From the NCBI RefSeq assembly GCF_004010195.1, contig NC_057718.1:7481766-7545765 (forward strand): a stretch of DNA of 64,000 bases, in the 5' to 3' direction. Origin of the DNA: Chiloscyllium plagiosum (lineage: Eukaryota). Of this stretch, positions 12,376-24,826 are shown in pieces (the first letter of the stretch is position 1; each line of letters opens with the position of its first letter). Below the pieces are notes generated by a model, which was given only the letters and a program-made list of their open reading frames with translations, had not been told where the DNA came from and searched no databases. The position numbers and the translations under genes were made by a program.

Positions 12376-13624
12376 CATTAACTCGGGCTTATGGATTGCT
12401 TGGCAATGGTAAAGTCACCAGAGTCTTCACAAACCTTGTCTGCTCTGTCGTTGAAGGAAGATGACCAGTTTATCCTGGGGGTCACGAGGGGAGGGATGCT
12501 AACCTCATGGTAACCTCAGCCAGTGCAGGAATTGAACCCACGCTACTGACATTACTCACCAACTATCCAGCCCACTGAGCTAACCAACCTCAAGATTGCT
12601 AGACCGGCGTTGCAATGTACCCCCATATTTTAAGGGATGGGGAATAAATTCTGGCCTAGCCAGTGATGGCCACGTTGTATGTAAAAGTAATAAAAATTCT
12701 GCACGCCCCAACTAGGGAATTGATGGAGGTCAACTTTAACCTAACGAATGCTGGGAGCCTGACAGATTTCAAACCTTCAACCTTTCAACCAGCACTCTGC
12801 CAACGGAGCAAACGCCACAAATTATTCACAGGTTTTCCATTCAAAAATAGACTGCGCTTTTACAATGCCGTTGATTGCCGTCTGTCCCTTTGATGCGGCA
12901 TATCTATTTGATGCTGGTGGCACGATAAGCAACAACGATGTGGAACAAAGGCTACAATTGGGTTTATGGCAGCCCTGAGGGGTTAGTTGGACTGTTTGAT
13001 CTGTCCCATGGGAGAACTGATAAATTCACTTTCTGTAATTTTTCATCCCTTTTTTGTAGAGTTGCTGAGTTCAACAATGGAGCCAAGTGCACAAGAAAGA
13101 CCCCAAAATTTTAATCTCTCAGAGACTGCGGTGCGAATTAGCTGTTGGAAGAAACCAACTTTTATTCCATAGATCATTGCTGACAGCTTCTGATTATCTA
13201 TATGTAGTATCAGACTGGCAGAGTATCAAACTTTAACTGCAATACCCATAATTTTATTGCTGTTCAGTTGATAGCGCATATAAATTTGGCTGAAGAAATC
13301 TTTTAATAATCTGGTTAGAGTGCAGGACTAAAAATAGATTTATAATGCACCAGACTTTCCCGAAATGGCTTACTCACTGGGAACGTGGTACAAGATAGAA
13401 GCAACTTACTTCTATGTGGTGAATTTTCAACATTGGTGAGTGTTCAAAGCCTTGCAGCCAAATATTTATGGAGTGCACTCCAATCTTGAGAGTTTCAAAC
13501 ATATTATCCAAGTTAACATATCCATTAAGTACGTACTGAAGGAAAGCCGCATTGATGGAAGGGCCATCATTCAGATGAGCTCCTAAACTGATGCTCAGTA
13601 TATTGTACAGTTCAGATAATGTGT

Positions 13625-14105
13625 AGCATCTTAACTTTGGGGCTGTTTCCTGTGCAGAAAAGATTTACAAGGATGTTGCCAGGGTTGGAGGATTTGAGCT
13701 ATAAGGAGAGGCTGAATAGTCTGGGGCTGTTTTCCCTGGAGCGTCGGAGACTGAGGGGTGAACTTATAGAGGCTTATAAAATCATGAGGGACATGGATCG
13801 GGTAAATAGACAAGGTCTTTTTTTTCCCCCAAGGTAGGGGAGTCCAATACTTGAGGACATTGGTTTAGAGTGAGATGGGAATGCTTTAAAGAGACATAAG
13901 GGGTAATGTTTTCATGCAGAGGGTGGTGTGTGTATGGGATGAGGAAGTGATGGAGGCTGGTATAATTACAACATTTAAAAGGTATATGAATGGAATATGG
14001 GCCAAGTGTTGGCAAATGGCACTAGATTAATTTAGGATTTCTTGCTGACATGGACAAGTTGGATCGAAGGGTCTGTTTCTGTGTTGTACAATTCTATGAC
14101 TCTAA
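13625..14105 (+). mobile_element. CR1 LINE 3' end
   Basis: [36 protein letters not shown]; tail ttctatgactctaag. Confidence 0.9.
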
Positions 14106-15634
14106 GTCTAATCAACAATTTTCTTTCGCCTTGCTCTGTATTTAATTAACAGTGACATTCCTCTGTTGTAATGAGTACTGGGCACTGCACTGCAGCAAGA
14201 CTATCCTTGTGCAGTAGTAATGTGCTTGCCTTTGAACTAGGAGACTTACCTTTACATCCCACCTGCTCCAGTGAGTTTGTAATAACATATCTGAACAGGT
14301 TACTTTTTTATTTGAAAATCCGTACTGGTCTTGGAAGGTACAGCACTGATTCACTCGGGTGGTACCAGAAAACTCAAGGTTAAATTATGAGCACAGTTTA
14401 CATCTGTTGAATTCACGAGAGGACAAATGATTGAGTGATGACTTAATTGAGGTGTCAATGATGATTAAAAAATTGATGGAAAGGAATGCTACAAAATATA
14501 GGGTTGACGGTGTGAAATGCCCACATAATTGGACTGGTACTCCAGATAATAAAGGTTTACACTCTGGGAACATGAGTTCAAATGCCACCATGGCAGCTGG
14601 TGGAATTTAAATTCGTAAACCTAAAATTATGAAGTTGTTTTCCATTCTCATTGCTTTTTGTAAAATTATTCCTTAAAGATGGCATGTCTGAGCTGCATGT
14701 GACTTCAGTCTCACAGCAATGTGGTTGACTCTTAACTAGCCTCTGAAATGCCCTCATGATTTCACCTGGTCAGGCAAGGCACCTCCGCTCTGTGTTTCCA
14801 TTCTGTGCTGGGAGCATTCACAACCTTCATCTCAAGCCTCACGGGCAAATTGGATTGGTAATCACTTAGGATCTGGCAGATCGAGTTCTGAATTTCTTGA
14901 TGTCTTAGCGCCATACTGGAGCAATTGATACTCCTGGAACAGTCAATAATGTGCCACATGATAAAACAAAGCTATGCTGCAATCAAACACTCACATTATA
15001 TAGGCTGTCAATTAAAAGCCACTGAGTCTATTCCTCATCTACATGCATACTCCTGAACCATATGAATACATGGATTGGATTCCAACCTGTCTTATTGCCA
15101 GGCATCCATTATTCTCTGTACAAATGTATATTCCTGGATGAGATTCCAGCCTGTGACATATTCCAAGGTACACATCCTATTTCTGGTGTTAGAGGCACAC
15201 TGTGAAGTATAAACTTGACAGACAAGACCAGAACTGGGCCATTCATCCCCTCAAATCCATTCTGCCAATCAATAGGGTCATGGCTGTTCAAAGTTCAGAT
15301 TCCCATCTATCCCAATAATCTTTTTTGACTCTCATGTCGAGCAGGAACCTATCCTCCTCTGTCGTATAAATATTCAACAATCTCACTTCCACCGCTTTCT
15401 GAGGAATTGAGTTCCAAAGTCGCACAAAACCCACTGAGAGAAAATAATTCTCCCCATCTCTGTCTAAAAGGGCAATGCCCACTTTCAAAGCAGTGATGGC
15501 CTCATGCCTCCAAGTATGGGAGCAGTGTGAAATATAACAAACTTTCACCAAATATTATTTGTGTTACAATTCATAAGGGGTCTGTTAACTCTTTGGCTGG
15601 CTTGCAATACACAGTGATGCTAACAGTATGGGTT

Positions 15635-16545
15635 TAATCCCCTTACTCATCAAGAACCTATCTATTATAGAGTCAAAGAGATGTACAGCACAGAAACAGA
15701 CCCTTCGGTCCAACCTGTCCTGCCGACCAGATATCCCAACCCAATCTAGTCCCACCTGCCAACACCCGGCCATATCCCTCTTAAATACACTCAATGACTT
15801 TGCATCCGCAGTCCTCTGCAGTAATGAGTTCCACAGATTCTCTACCCTCTGGGTGAAGAAATTCCTCCTCATCACAGTTCTAAAGGGTTGTCCCTTCACT
15901 CTGAGGCTGTGCCCTCAGGTCCAAGTCCCTCTTACTAGTGAAAACATGTTCTCTACATCCACTCTATCTATGCCTCTCAGTATTCTGTAAGTTTCAATGA
16001 AATTCACCCCCCTCATCCTTCTAAACTCATTGAGTACAGATTCAGAGTCAATCGCTCTTCATATGACAAGCTTTTCATCCCCAGGATCATTTCTGTAAAC
16101 CTTCTCTGGACCCCTTTCAACAGCACATCATTCCTTAGATACAGGGCCAACAACTGCTCACAATGTTCCAAATATGGTCTGAGCAAAGCCTTATACAGCC
16201 TCTGCAGTACATCTCTGCTTTAGTATTCAAGTCCTCTTGAAATGAATGCTAACATTGCATTTGCCTTCCCAAGTGCTAACTGAACTTGCATGTTAACCTT
16301 GAGAAAGTCCTGACAAGGACTCCCAAGTTATTTTGTGCTCTGGATTTCTAAAGCCTTTCCTCATTTAGAAAATAATCTATGCCTGTATTCTTCTGACCAA
16401 AATGCTGAACTTTACACTTCCCCACGTTGTATTCCATTTGCCACTTCTTTGGCCACTGTCCTAATCTAGCCAAGTCCTTCAGCAGCCTCCCTGCTTCCTC
16501 AACATGACCTGTCCCTCTATCTTTCTTTGTGTCATTTGCATTGTC
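15635..16545 (-). mobile_element. Older CR1 fragment with a young CR1 tail inserted at about 15668-15780
   Basis: ORF 16348..16554(-) LLKDLARLGQWPKKWQMEYNVGKCKVQHFG; ORF 15585..15899(-) RRNFFTQRVENLWNSL. Confidence 0.85.
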
Positions 16546-17420
16546 TATTGGCATTCACCCACACTGTGGATTAACAAATAAAAAACTACTAAGCTTTGTA
16601 AACAAACATAATTTGGAGTTTGATGCATTGTCCAGGTGTTCCTGTCAAACCTTTGATTTGTTGTTCCTTTGTAAAACGCCAGAATGTGTCTAAAACTATA
16701 CACAAACAATCTGATTGGATTATAGTCTGTAAGTGCTCTTAGACTCCCATTGCCCTATATATAAACCACCAGAACCTGTTGATTGGATTGCAGCTGGTAA
16801 TATACTTAATGGTATCTATTATGCTTGAGCTAATATCAATTTGAAAGGATCCAAATTACCAGCAATCTTGAAAGCAAAATAAGAGGACATACTGTCTTGC
16901 TGTCTAACCACAAGACACTGCAACATCCTATGCTGTACATATTATTAAAAACCTGTGTGACATTGTTCCTCCCTCTAACCCAGGCTTTCCACTCTCGGGG
17001 TTCCATTGTCAGATCTTCCCAGTATTGGCCAAATTCCAGCTCTGAGTGGCCACTGACCTCATGATGATCCTCTGGTGAATTCTTTGTTCTGAATTTTGTT
17101 GTGAACGTTCACGCATCATTACAATCACAGTAAAACTGGCCTCACCCACAGAGCAGAAACCCACAGCCAAAGACAACTGTTTAAAGTAGGACGTGGAGAT
17201 TTGCATCGAGTCTGACTCGAAATGCCTTGGGGCCACTGAAGTGTTTTGCTTGGAATGTGGTACAGCGGCGAGCACACAGCAAGATCCCACAATGGGGTGA
17301 CAATCAGGTCATGGGATCATAAGGTGTTGTTTTAACCTAGCTCACCGGGTGGAAAATTCACAGGGTCACATGGAAATGCCAGTTCAATGCCATGTCAACT
17401 TTATTGACTTCAGTGGAGTT

Positions 17421-17727
17421 TGATTAGATTACAATTAGAATATGGAAACAGGCCCTTCGGCCCAACAAATCCACACCGATCCTCCAAAGAATAACCCACC
17501 CAGACCCATTCCCTTACCCTAGCTTTACCCCTGACTAATGCAACTAACACTATGGGAAATTTAGCATGGTCAATTCAGCTGGCCTGCATGAGGAAACCAG
17601 AGAAAACCCACGCAGACACGGGGAGAATGTGCAAACTCCACACAGACAGTCGCCTGAGGGTGGAATCGAACCGGGTCCTTGGCACTGTGAGGCAACAGTG
17701 CTAACCGCTGAGCCACCGTGCCGCCCC
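17421..17727 (-). mobile_element. HE1-type SINE with internal deletion
   Basis: gccaccgtgccgcc head end at about 17712-17726; gattagatt tail at about 17422-17430. Confidence 0.88.
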
Positions 17728-18179
17728 AAGTTTGAAATGGAGAATCAGTATACAACAAACATTACGTCGAATCCCACTGAAATGTTAGGTTAAAGTTACT
17801 CCCATGGCATTATATAACCCAGAAACCTTTCATAATTTTGAATGCCCTTATTATGTATCCCTAAACATTCTTGGCTCTGCAGCTAACATCTCAGCTCCTC
17901 TAATCTCCCGTCTCATTGAAATTCCGTACCTCTCGCACTGTTCTGGAAACCGCCTCCACACCCACTCCAAGGACTTTGATAGAACATGAGAATGAGGAGC
18001 AAGAGTAGGTCATCTGGCCCCTTGAGCCTGCTCTGCCATTCAATCAGATCATGGCTGATCCTTTCATGGACTCAGCTCCACTTACCTCCCCCACCCTACT
18101 CACCATAACTGTTAATTCCTTTACTGTTCAAACATTTATCTGTCTTTGGTGTCTTTGCCTTGATGGTTTGCTTTTAGTG

Positions 18180-18278
18180 GCAAAATGAAAACAGAAATTG
18201 CTAGAAACACTCATCTGGTCTGGCAGCATCTGCGGAGAGAAATCAGAGTTAACGTTTCGGGTCCAGTGACTCTTCCCT
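18180..18278 (-). mobile_element. Penelope-derived short insert, family C (truncated within the hammerhead)
   Basis: Minus strand gagtcactggacccgaaacgttaactctgatttctctccgcagatgctgccagacc. Confidence 0.75.
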
Positions 18279-18444
18279 TGGATGATGGCCGAAGGATAAA
18301 TGTTGGCCACAACACAAGGAAAGTCCTCTGTCTTTCTTTGAAATAGGGAGACAGAGTCTCATCAGAAAGATGGTATCTTTAACAGTGCAGCTGTCCCTCA
18401 GCACTGCATTAGGAATGCCAGTGTGGGTTTTGGACTCCAGTCCT

Positions 18445-18900
18445 TGATTTGATTTATTATTGTCACATGCACCTTGGTACAATGAAATGTTTTGTTTTGC
18501 TTCCAATACAGACAGATCATACTGTACAAAGTGCATTCGGGTAATAGAACAGAGCAAGGAATCCAATGTTACGGCTGCAGAGAAGGTGCACAGAGAGCGA
18601 GATAAACATTAAATTTTAAATCTGACCCAAGAGGCAGTGTGGTCAACGTTCCCTCTGAGGTGCATAGCTGCACGGGAACTCAGAGGGTTGGCATGTGCCG
18701 ACTGGCCTAGGTAAGTTTAATAATATTGGGGAAGAAGTTGTTCCTGAATCTCTTGGTACATGTGTCTAAGCTTTTGTATCTTCTGACCAATGGAAGAGGT
18801 TGGAACAGAGCATTACCAGGGTGGGAGGGGTCTGTCATGATATTGGTTGCCTTCCCGAGACAGCGGGAAGTGTAGTTGGAGTCAATGGAGTGAGATTTGC
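18445..18900 (-). mobile_element. Rex1/Babar-type LINE 3' end, interrupted at 18624-18715
   Basis: ORF 18707..18970(-) IMTDPSHPGNALFQPLPLVRRYKSL..KRFRNNFFP; UTR matches 2480-2660. Confidence 0.8.
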
Positions 18901-19099
18901 TTGATATCCATGACCTTTTCCTTATACCTCTGTGAATAGTTGTGAAAGATGTGTTTGACAAATAAGGCACAATTTCATCAACTGTGGAGGTACAGGTACA
19001 TTATCCAATAACTCACTGTCAGAAAACTGGAATTGTTCAAAAACAGGGCATTTTTGTGTCAGAAGATCTGGGTGCTGCTCTTGGAACAATGTTCAACTG

Positions 19100-19212
19100 T
19101 TCGTTCATTCATTCAATCATTCATTATTTCATTCAATCATTCATCATTTTATTATCTCATTCATTCATTATTACATTCATTCATTCATTATTACATTCAT
19201 TCATTCATTCAG
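19100..19212. repeat. Imperfect (TTCA)n microsatellite
   Basis: ttcattcattcaatcattcattatttcattcaatcattcatc... Confidence 0.9.
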
Positions 19213-19369
19213 TCACTCAACCCCACCTCACTTATCATTCCATGCGAAACCCTGCAAGGAAAGAAATGGTTTTGATAGACTTTTATTGTAACATGAGAAG
19301 AGAGCACAGGATATTGAATGGGCCCCGAACTTTATGTTAATTCAGATAAAGAAATATGAACAGGGAAAA

Positions 19370-19830
19370 TAGTGAGGTGATGATACCATCTTTTAATCTG
19401 TTAATCCAGACATTCAGACTAATAACATGGAGATATGGGTCCAAATCCCTAAAAATTTGTAATGGGTAACCATGAAACAGTTCTTGATTGTTGTTAAAAA
19501 TTCATTTGCTTCATCAATGTCCCATTCTTACCTAGGCCTGGCCTACGTGTGACTCCAGACCCAAGAGGCAGTGTGGTCAACGTTCCCTCTGAGGTGCACA
19601 GCTGTACGGGCACTCAGAGGGTTGGCATGTGCCGACTGGCATCTGAATGCCATTCTCAGCACCAACTTACAGTTTCTGCCACATCCAGACCTCATGGAGA
19701 TCTGTGGGAAAAAATTTGAACCAACATGGTTGGCTTTTAACTGCCCTCTGAAGTGGACTGACAGGTTCAATGCAAGAGCAGTTCAGGATAGGGAACAAAT
19801 GCTGACTTTCCCATAACTCTTCACATCCCA
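19370..19830 (+). mobile_element. tRNA-headed SINE with L2-like tail, decayed and interrupted
   Basis: ttaatccaga..gggtccaaatcc head; cttacctaggcctggcctacgtgtgactccagaccc; ggatagggaacaaatgctg..cacatcccatga. Confidence 0.65.
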
Positions 19831-20089
19831 TGAAAGCAAGAAAACAACAGCTGCTTATCACCCAAGCACGGAAGACCCATATACTTTTTTCTGCATGATG
19901 CTCTAATTCACAGGCTCAGATCTGAATCCATTGGAATGCTTTAAGACTTGCCTCCTGCCTGGCCCTCTCCATTCCCCAGACCCAAAGCTGCCACTTCTGT
20001 GCCAGCACCAACACGATGGTCTTCGTGGTCTTCTCTGGCATAAGTCTCTTCATGTTAAAGTTTCTGTTGTCCATTGGTAGTTGTGCTTT

Positions 20090-20221
20090 ATTCCTGATGA
20101 AGGGCTTTTGCCCGAAACACTAATTTTCCTGCTCCTTGGATGCTGCCTGACCTGCTTTGCTTTTCCAGCACCACTCCAATCTAGACTCTTGTTTCAAGCA
20201 TCTGCATTCATTGTTTTTACC
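20090..20221 (+). mobile_element. Penelope-derived short insert, family A
   Basis: 12-bp TSD tagttgtgcttt at 20078-20089 and 20222-20233; ctgatgaagggcttttgcccgaaa at 20094-20117. Confidence 0.88.
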
Positions 20222-20269
20222 TAGTTGTGCTTTCTGCCTTGGCTCTTTTGGTGGAATTATCTCGCTCAT

Positions 20270-21005
20270 ATGAGGGTTCAGGGTCTGTACTCAGTGGAGT
20301 TTAGAAGAATGAGGGGAGATCTCATTGAAATTTATGGAGTTTTATGTTATCTATTCACAGAATGAGGGCATCGTTGGCTAGGCCAGCGTTTATTGCCCAT
20401 CCCTAATTGTAAAGCATCAACCACATTGCTGTGGGTCTGGAATCACAAAGAGGTCAGACCAGGTAAGGATTGCAGTTTCCTCCCCTAAAGGATATTAGTG
20501 AACCAGTTGGGTTTTTCCAAAAATCAAAAATCATTATATTCTTAATTCCAGATATTTACTGAATTCAAACTCCACCATCAGCCATGGCAGGATTAGAACC
20601 TGGGTCAAAAGTCCAGCAATACTATCACTAGGCCATCACCTTTCCCTAGAATACTGAGAAGCCTGGACTGAGTGGACTTCATGAAGATGTTTTCAGGAGT
20701 AGGAGAGACTAGGATCCAAGGGCATAGCTCAGATTGAAAGAATGAGTCTATAGAACTGAGATGTGGAGGAATTTTTTCAGCAAAGGGGGTGGCGAATCTG
20801 TGGAACTCATTGCCACAAAAGGCTGTGGACGTCAAGTCGTTGAGTGTCTTTAAGACAGTAGATAGGTTCCTGATTAATAAGGGGATGAAAGGTGATGGGG
20901 AGAAGGCAGGAGAATGACATTGAGAGACACATCAGCCATGATTTTATGCCAGACCAAACCAGATGGGCCGAATGACATTACCCTACTCCTATATCTTATG
21001 GTCTT
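20270..21005 (+). mobile_element. Older CR1 3' end interrupted by a tRNA-headed/L2-tailed SINE at about 20355-20640(-)
   Basis: tggagtttagaagaatgagggggagatctc..ctgtggaactcattgccaca..tcttatggtctta; the SINE is the reverse complement of the 26545 family. Confidence 0.75.
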
Positions 21006-21695
21006 AATAGAGGAACTGCAAGTAATTTTTTCACAAAAGAGAAATAATGATTTTGGAATTCACTGCCCATGTAATGGTGGAGTAGATATAAGAGTATATA
21101 AACATGAGAATTAACAGCAGGATTTAACAAGGGGGGCAAAACATGGGTAACTACTGGCTGATTAGCCTAACATCTATTGTTGGAATAGTATTGGAATCAA
21201 CTATTAAGGAATTAATTGCAGAACGTTTGGAAAATCATAATAGAATCAAGTAGAGTCAACATGTCTTCACGAAGTAGAAATCATGCCCCTCTAATTTATT
21301 GGAGTTGTTTGAGGATGTCTCAACCAGAATAGATAGAGGGGAACCAGAAGATGGGGTGTATTTGGACTTCCAGAAAGTGCTTGATAAGATACTTAACAAA
21401 ACGTTCTCATAAGAGCCCATAATGTAGCAAATAGTATATTGGCATGGATGAAGAATTAATCCATGGGCAGGAAGCAGCAAATCGGAATAAGGAGTTCCAT
21501 TTCATTCTGCAATCTGTGACCAGTGGGGTTCCAAAGGGATCAGTGCTCAGACCACAACTGTTTACAGGAAATATTAATGACATGGAGGCTGTATTGCATG
21601 AATATATTGAGCCATATTTGCAGATGAAATAAAAATAGATAGAAAGGCAGGTTGTGAGAGGGATACAAACAGTTTACAGAGAGATATTAATGCAG

Positions 21696-22154
21696 TCATA
21701 GAGTCATAGAGATGTACATCATGGAAACAAACCTTTTGGTCCAACCTGTCCATGTCGACCAGATAGCCCAATCCAATCTAGTCCCACCTGCCAGCACCTG
21801 GCCCATATCCCACCAAACTCTTCCTATTCATATACCCATCCAAATGCCTCTTAAATACTGCAGTTGTACCAGCCTCCACCACATCCTCTGGCAGCTCATT
21901 CCATACACGTACCACCCTCTGTGTGAAAAAGTTGCCCCTTAGGTCTCTTTTATATCTTTCCCCTCTCACCCTAAACCTATGCCCTCTAGTTCTGGACTCC
22001 CCCACCCCAGGGAAAAGACGTTGTCTATTTATCCTATCCATGCCCCCCATAATATTGTAAACCTCTATAAGGTCACCCCTCAGCCTCCGACGCTCCAGTG
22101 AAAACAGCCCCAGCCTGTTCAGTCTCTCCCTAAAGCTCAAATCCTCCAACCCTG
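21696..22154 (-). mobile_element. Young CR1/HER1-type LINE 3' end
   Basis: ORF 21778..22149(-) 123 aa with intact CR1 C-terminus; tail gtcatagagtcatagag. Confidence 0.93.
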
Positions 22155-22344
22155 GTTTAAGTAAATAGGCAAAAAGTTGGCAAATGATGTATAATCCATA
22201 ATATTGTAAACCTCTATAAGGTCACCCCTCAGCCTCCGACGCTCCAGGGAAAACAGCCCCAGCCTGTTCAGTCTCTCCCTAAAGCTCAAATCCTCCAACC
22301 CTAGTTTAAGTAAATAGGCAAAAAGTTGGCAAATGATGTATAAT
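22047..22344. repeat. 149-bp tandem duplication
   Basis: 22047-22195 repeats at 22196-22344 with 2 mismatches seen. Confidence 0.92.
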
Positions 22345-22394
22345 GTGGGAAAAGCAAAGTTATTCATTTTAGCATGGAAAACAAAATATTATAG

Positions 22395-22528
22395 CTGAAA
22401 ATGTGTTGCTGGAAAAGCGCAGCAGGCCAGGCAGCATCCAAGGAACAGGAGAATCGACGTTTCGGGCATAAGCCCTTCTTCAGGAATGAGGAAAGTCCTC
22501 ATCTCCAGCATCTGCAGCCCTCACTTTC
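22395..22528 (-). mobile_element. Penelope-derived short insert, family A
   Basis: 16-bp TSD aaacaaaatattatag at 22379-22394 and 22529-22544. Confidence 0.9.
22456..22483 (-). ncRNA. Minimal type I hammerhead ribozyme motif (intact core, weak helix I)
   Basis: Minus strand CUGAAGA-A-GGGC-UUAU-GCCC-GAAA-CG-UC; catalytic activity not shown. Confidence 0.7.
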
Positions 22529-23071
22529 AAACAAAATATTATAGTCTATTTAAACAGAGAGAAACTGCAGAAAGCTGCAACAAAAAGAGACTTGGGGGAA
22601 CTTGTGCACAAAACACAGAAAGCTAGCACACAGGTATAGTAGCTAATGAGGAAGGCTTAGGGAATGGTGGAAATTATTTCAGAGAGTTGGTGTATAAGAA
22701 TTGGGAAGTCTTATTGCAACTGGACAAGGTGCTGGGGATACCACACCTGGAGTACCATGAGCAGTGTTGGGTCCCTTTGTTTAAGGGAAGACTTCATTTC
22801 ATTGGTGGCAGTTCAGAGAACATTCACAAGGCAGCTCGCTAGTATGGAAGAATTGCCTAAGAAGTGAAGGCTAAACTGGCTGGGATTCTACTGGCTGGAG
22901 TTTGGAAGAATGAGAGGTGACATCATTGAAACATATCAGATTCTTAAGGGGCTTGACAGGGTCAATGCTGAGAGGATGTTTCCCCTCATGGGAGACTCTA
23001 GGACTAGAGGGCACAGACTCAAAAAAAAGGGTCACCAATTTAAGACTGCGATGAGGATGAAGTTCTGAGAG

Positions 23072-24826
23072 TGACAGAGATGTACAGCACGGAAACAGAC
23101 CCTTCGGTCCAACCCGTCCATGCCGACCAGATATCCCAACCCAATCTAGTCCCACCTGCCAGCATCCGGCCCATATCCCTCCAAACCCTTCCTATTCATA
23201 TACCCATCCAGATGCCTTTTAAATGTTGCGATTGTACCCGCCTCCTCCACTTCCTCTGGCAGCTTATTCCATACACGTACCACTCACTGTGTGAAAAAGT
23301 TGCCCCTTAGGTCTCTTTTATATCTTTCCCTTCTCACCCTAAACCCTATGCCCTCTAGTTCTGGACTCCCCCACCCCGGGAAAATACTTTGTTTATTTAT
23401 CCTATCCATGCCCCTCATAATTTTGTAAACCTCTATAAGGTCACTCCTCAGCCTCCAGGGAAGACAGCCCCAGCCTGTTCAGCCTCTCCCTAAAGCTCAA
23501 ATCCTCCAACCATAGCAACATCCTTGTAAATCTTTTCTGAACCTTTTCAGGTTTCACAATATCTTTTTGATAGGAAGGAGACCAGAATTGCACGCAATAT
23601 CCCAACATTGGCCGAACCAATGTCCTGTACAGCCGCAACATGACCTCCCACCTCCTATACTTAATACTCTGACCAGTAAAGGAAAGTATACCAAACACCT
23701 TCTTCATTAACCTATCTACCTGTGATTCCACTTTCAAGGAGCTATGAACCTGCATTCCAAGGTCTCTTTGTTCAGCAACACTCCCTAGGACTTTACCAGT
23801 AAGTGTATAAGTTCTGCTAAGATTTGCTTTCCCAAAATGCAGCACCTCGCATTTATCTGAATTAAACTCCATCTGCCTGTTCTCAGGCCATTGGCCCATC
23901 TGATCAAGATCCTGTTGTAATCTGAAGTAATCCTCTTTGCTGTCCACTACACCTCCAATTTTGGTGTCATCTGCAAACTTACTAACTGTACCTCTTATGG
24001 TCGCATCCAAATCATTTACGTAAATGACGAAAGGTAGTGGTTTCAGCACTGATCCTTGTGGCACTTTCTTCAAAAAACTCAATCAAGTTTGTGAGACATG
24101 ATTCCCCATGCACAAAGCCATGTTGACTATCCCTAATCAGTCTTTGCCTTTCCAAATACATGTACATCCTGTTCCTCAGGATTCCCTCCAACAACTTGCC
24201 CACCACCGAGGTCAGGCTCACTGGTCTATAGTTCCCTAGCTTGTCCTTACCTCCCTTCTTAAACAGTGGCACCATGTTAGCCAACCTCCAGTCTTCTAGC
24301 ACCTCACCTGTGACTATTGATGATACAAATATCTGAGTCAGAGGCCCAGCAATCACTTCCCTAGCTTCCCACAGAGTTCTAGGGTACACCTGATCAGGTC
24401 CTGGGGATTTATCCACCTATATGTGTTTCAAGACATCCAGCACTTCTTCCTCTGTAATCTGGACATTTTGCAAGATGTCATCATCTATTTCCCTACAGTC
24501 TATATCTTCCATGTCCTTTTCCACAGTAAATACTAATGCAAAATATTCATTTAGTAACTCCCCCATTTTTTGTGGCTCCACACAAAGGCCGCCTTGCTGA
24601 TCTTTGAGGGGCCCTATTCTCTCCCTAGTTACCCTTTTGTCCTTAAGATATTTGTAAAAACCCTTTGGATTCCCCTTAACTCTATTTGCCAAATGTATCT
24701 CATGTCCCCTTTTTGCCCTCCTGATTTCTCTCTTAAGTAGACTCCTACTCTTCTAAGGATTCACTCGATCTATCCTGTCTATACTTGACATATGTTTCCT
24801 TCTTTTTCTTAACCAAACCCTCAATT
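23072..24826 (-). mobile_element. CR1/HER1-type LINE, about 1.75 kb of ORF2 (RT domain) with an internal deletion near 24062
   Basis: ORFs 24417..24692, 24012..24416 (KSPGPDQVYPR..NYRPVSLTSVVGK..QHGF) and 23441..24082 (VPQGSVL..KFADDTK). Confidence 0.95.

Noticed and set aside
17060..17092. C/D-box snoRNA (atgatga..ctga)
   Set aside because: The boxes are only about 30 nt apart with no terminal stem; likely chance.
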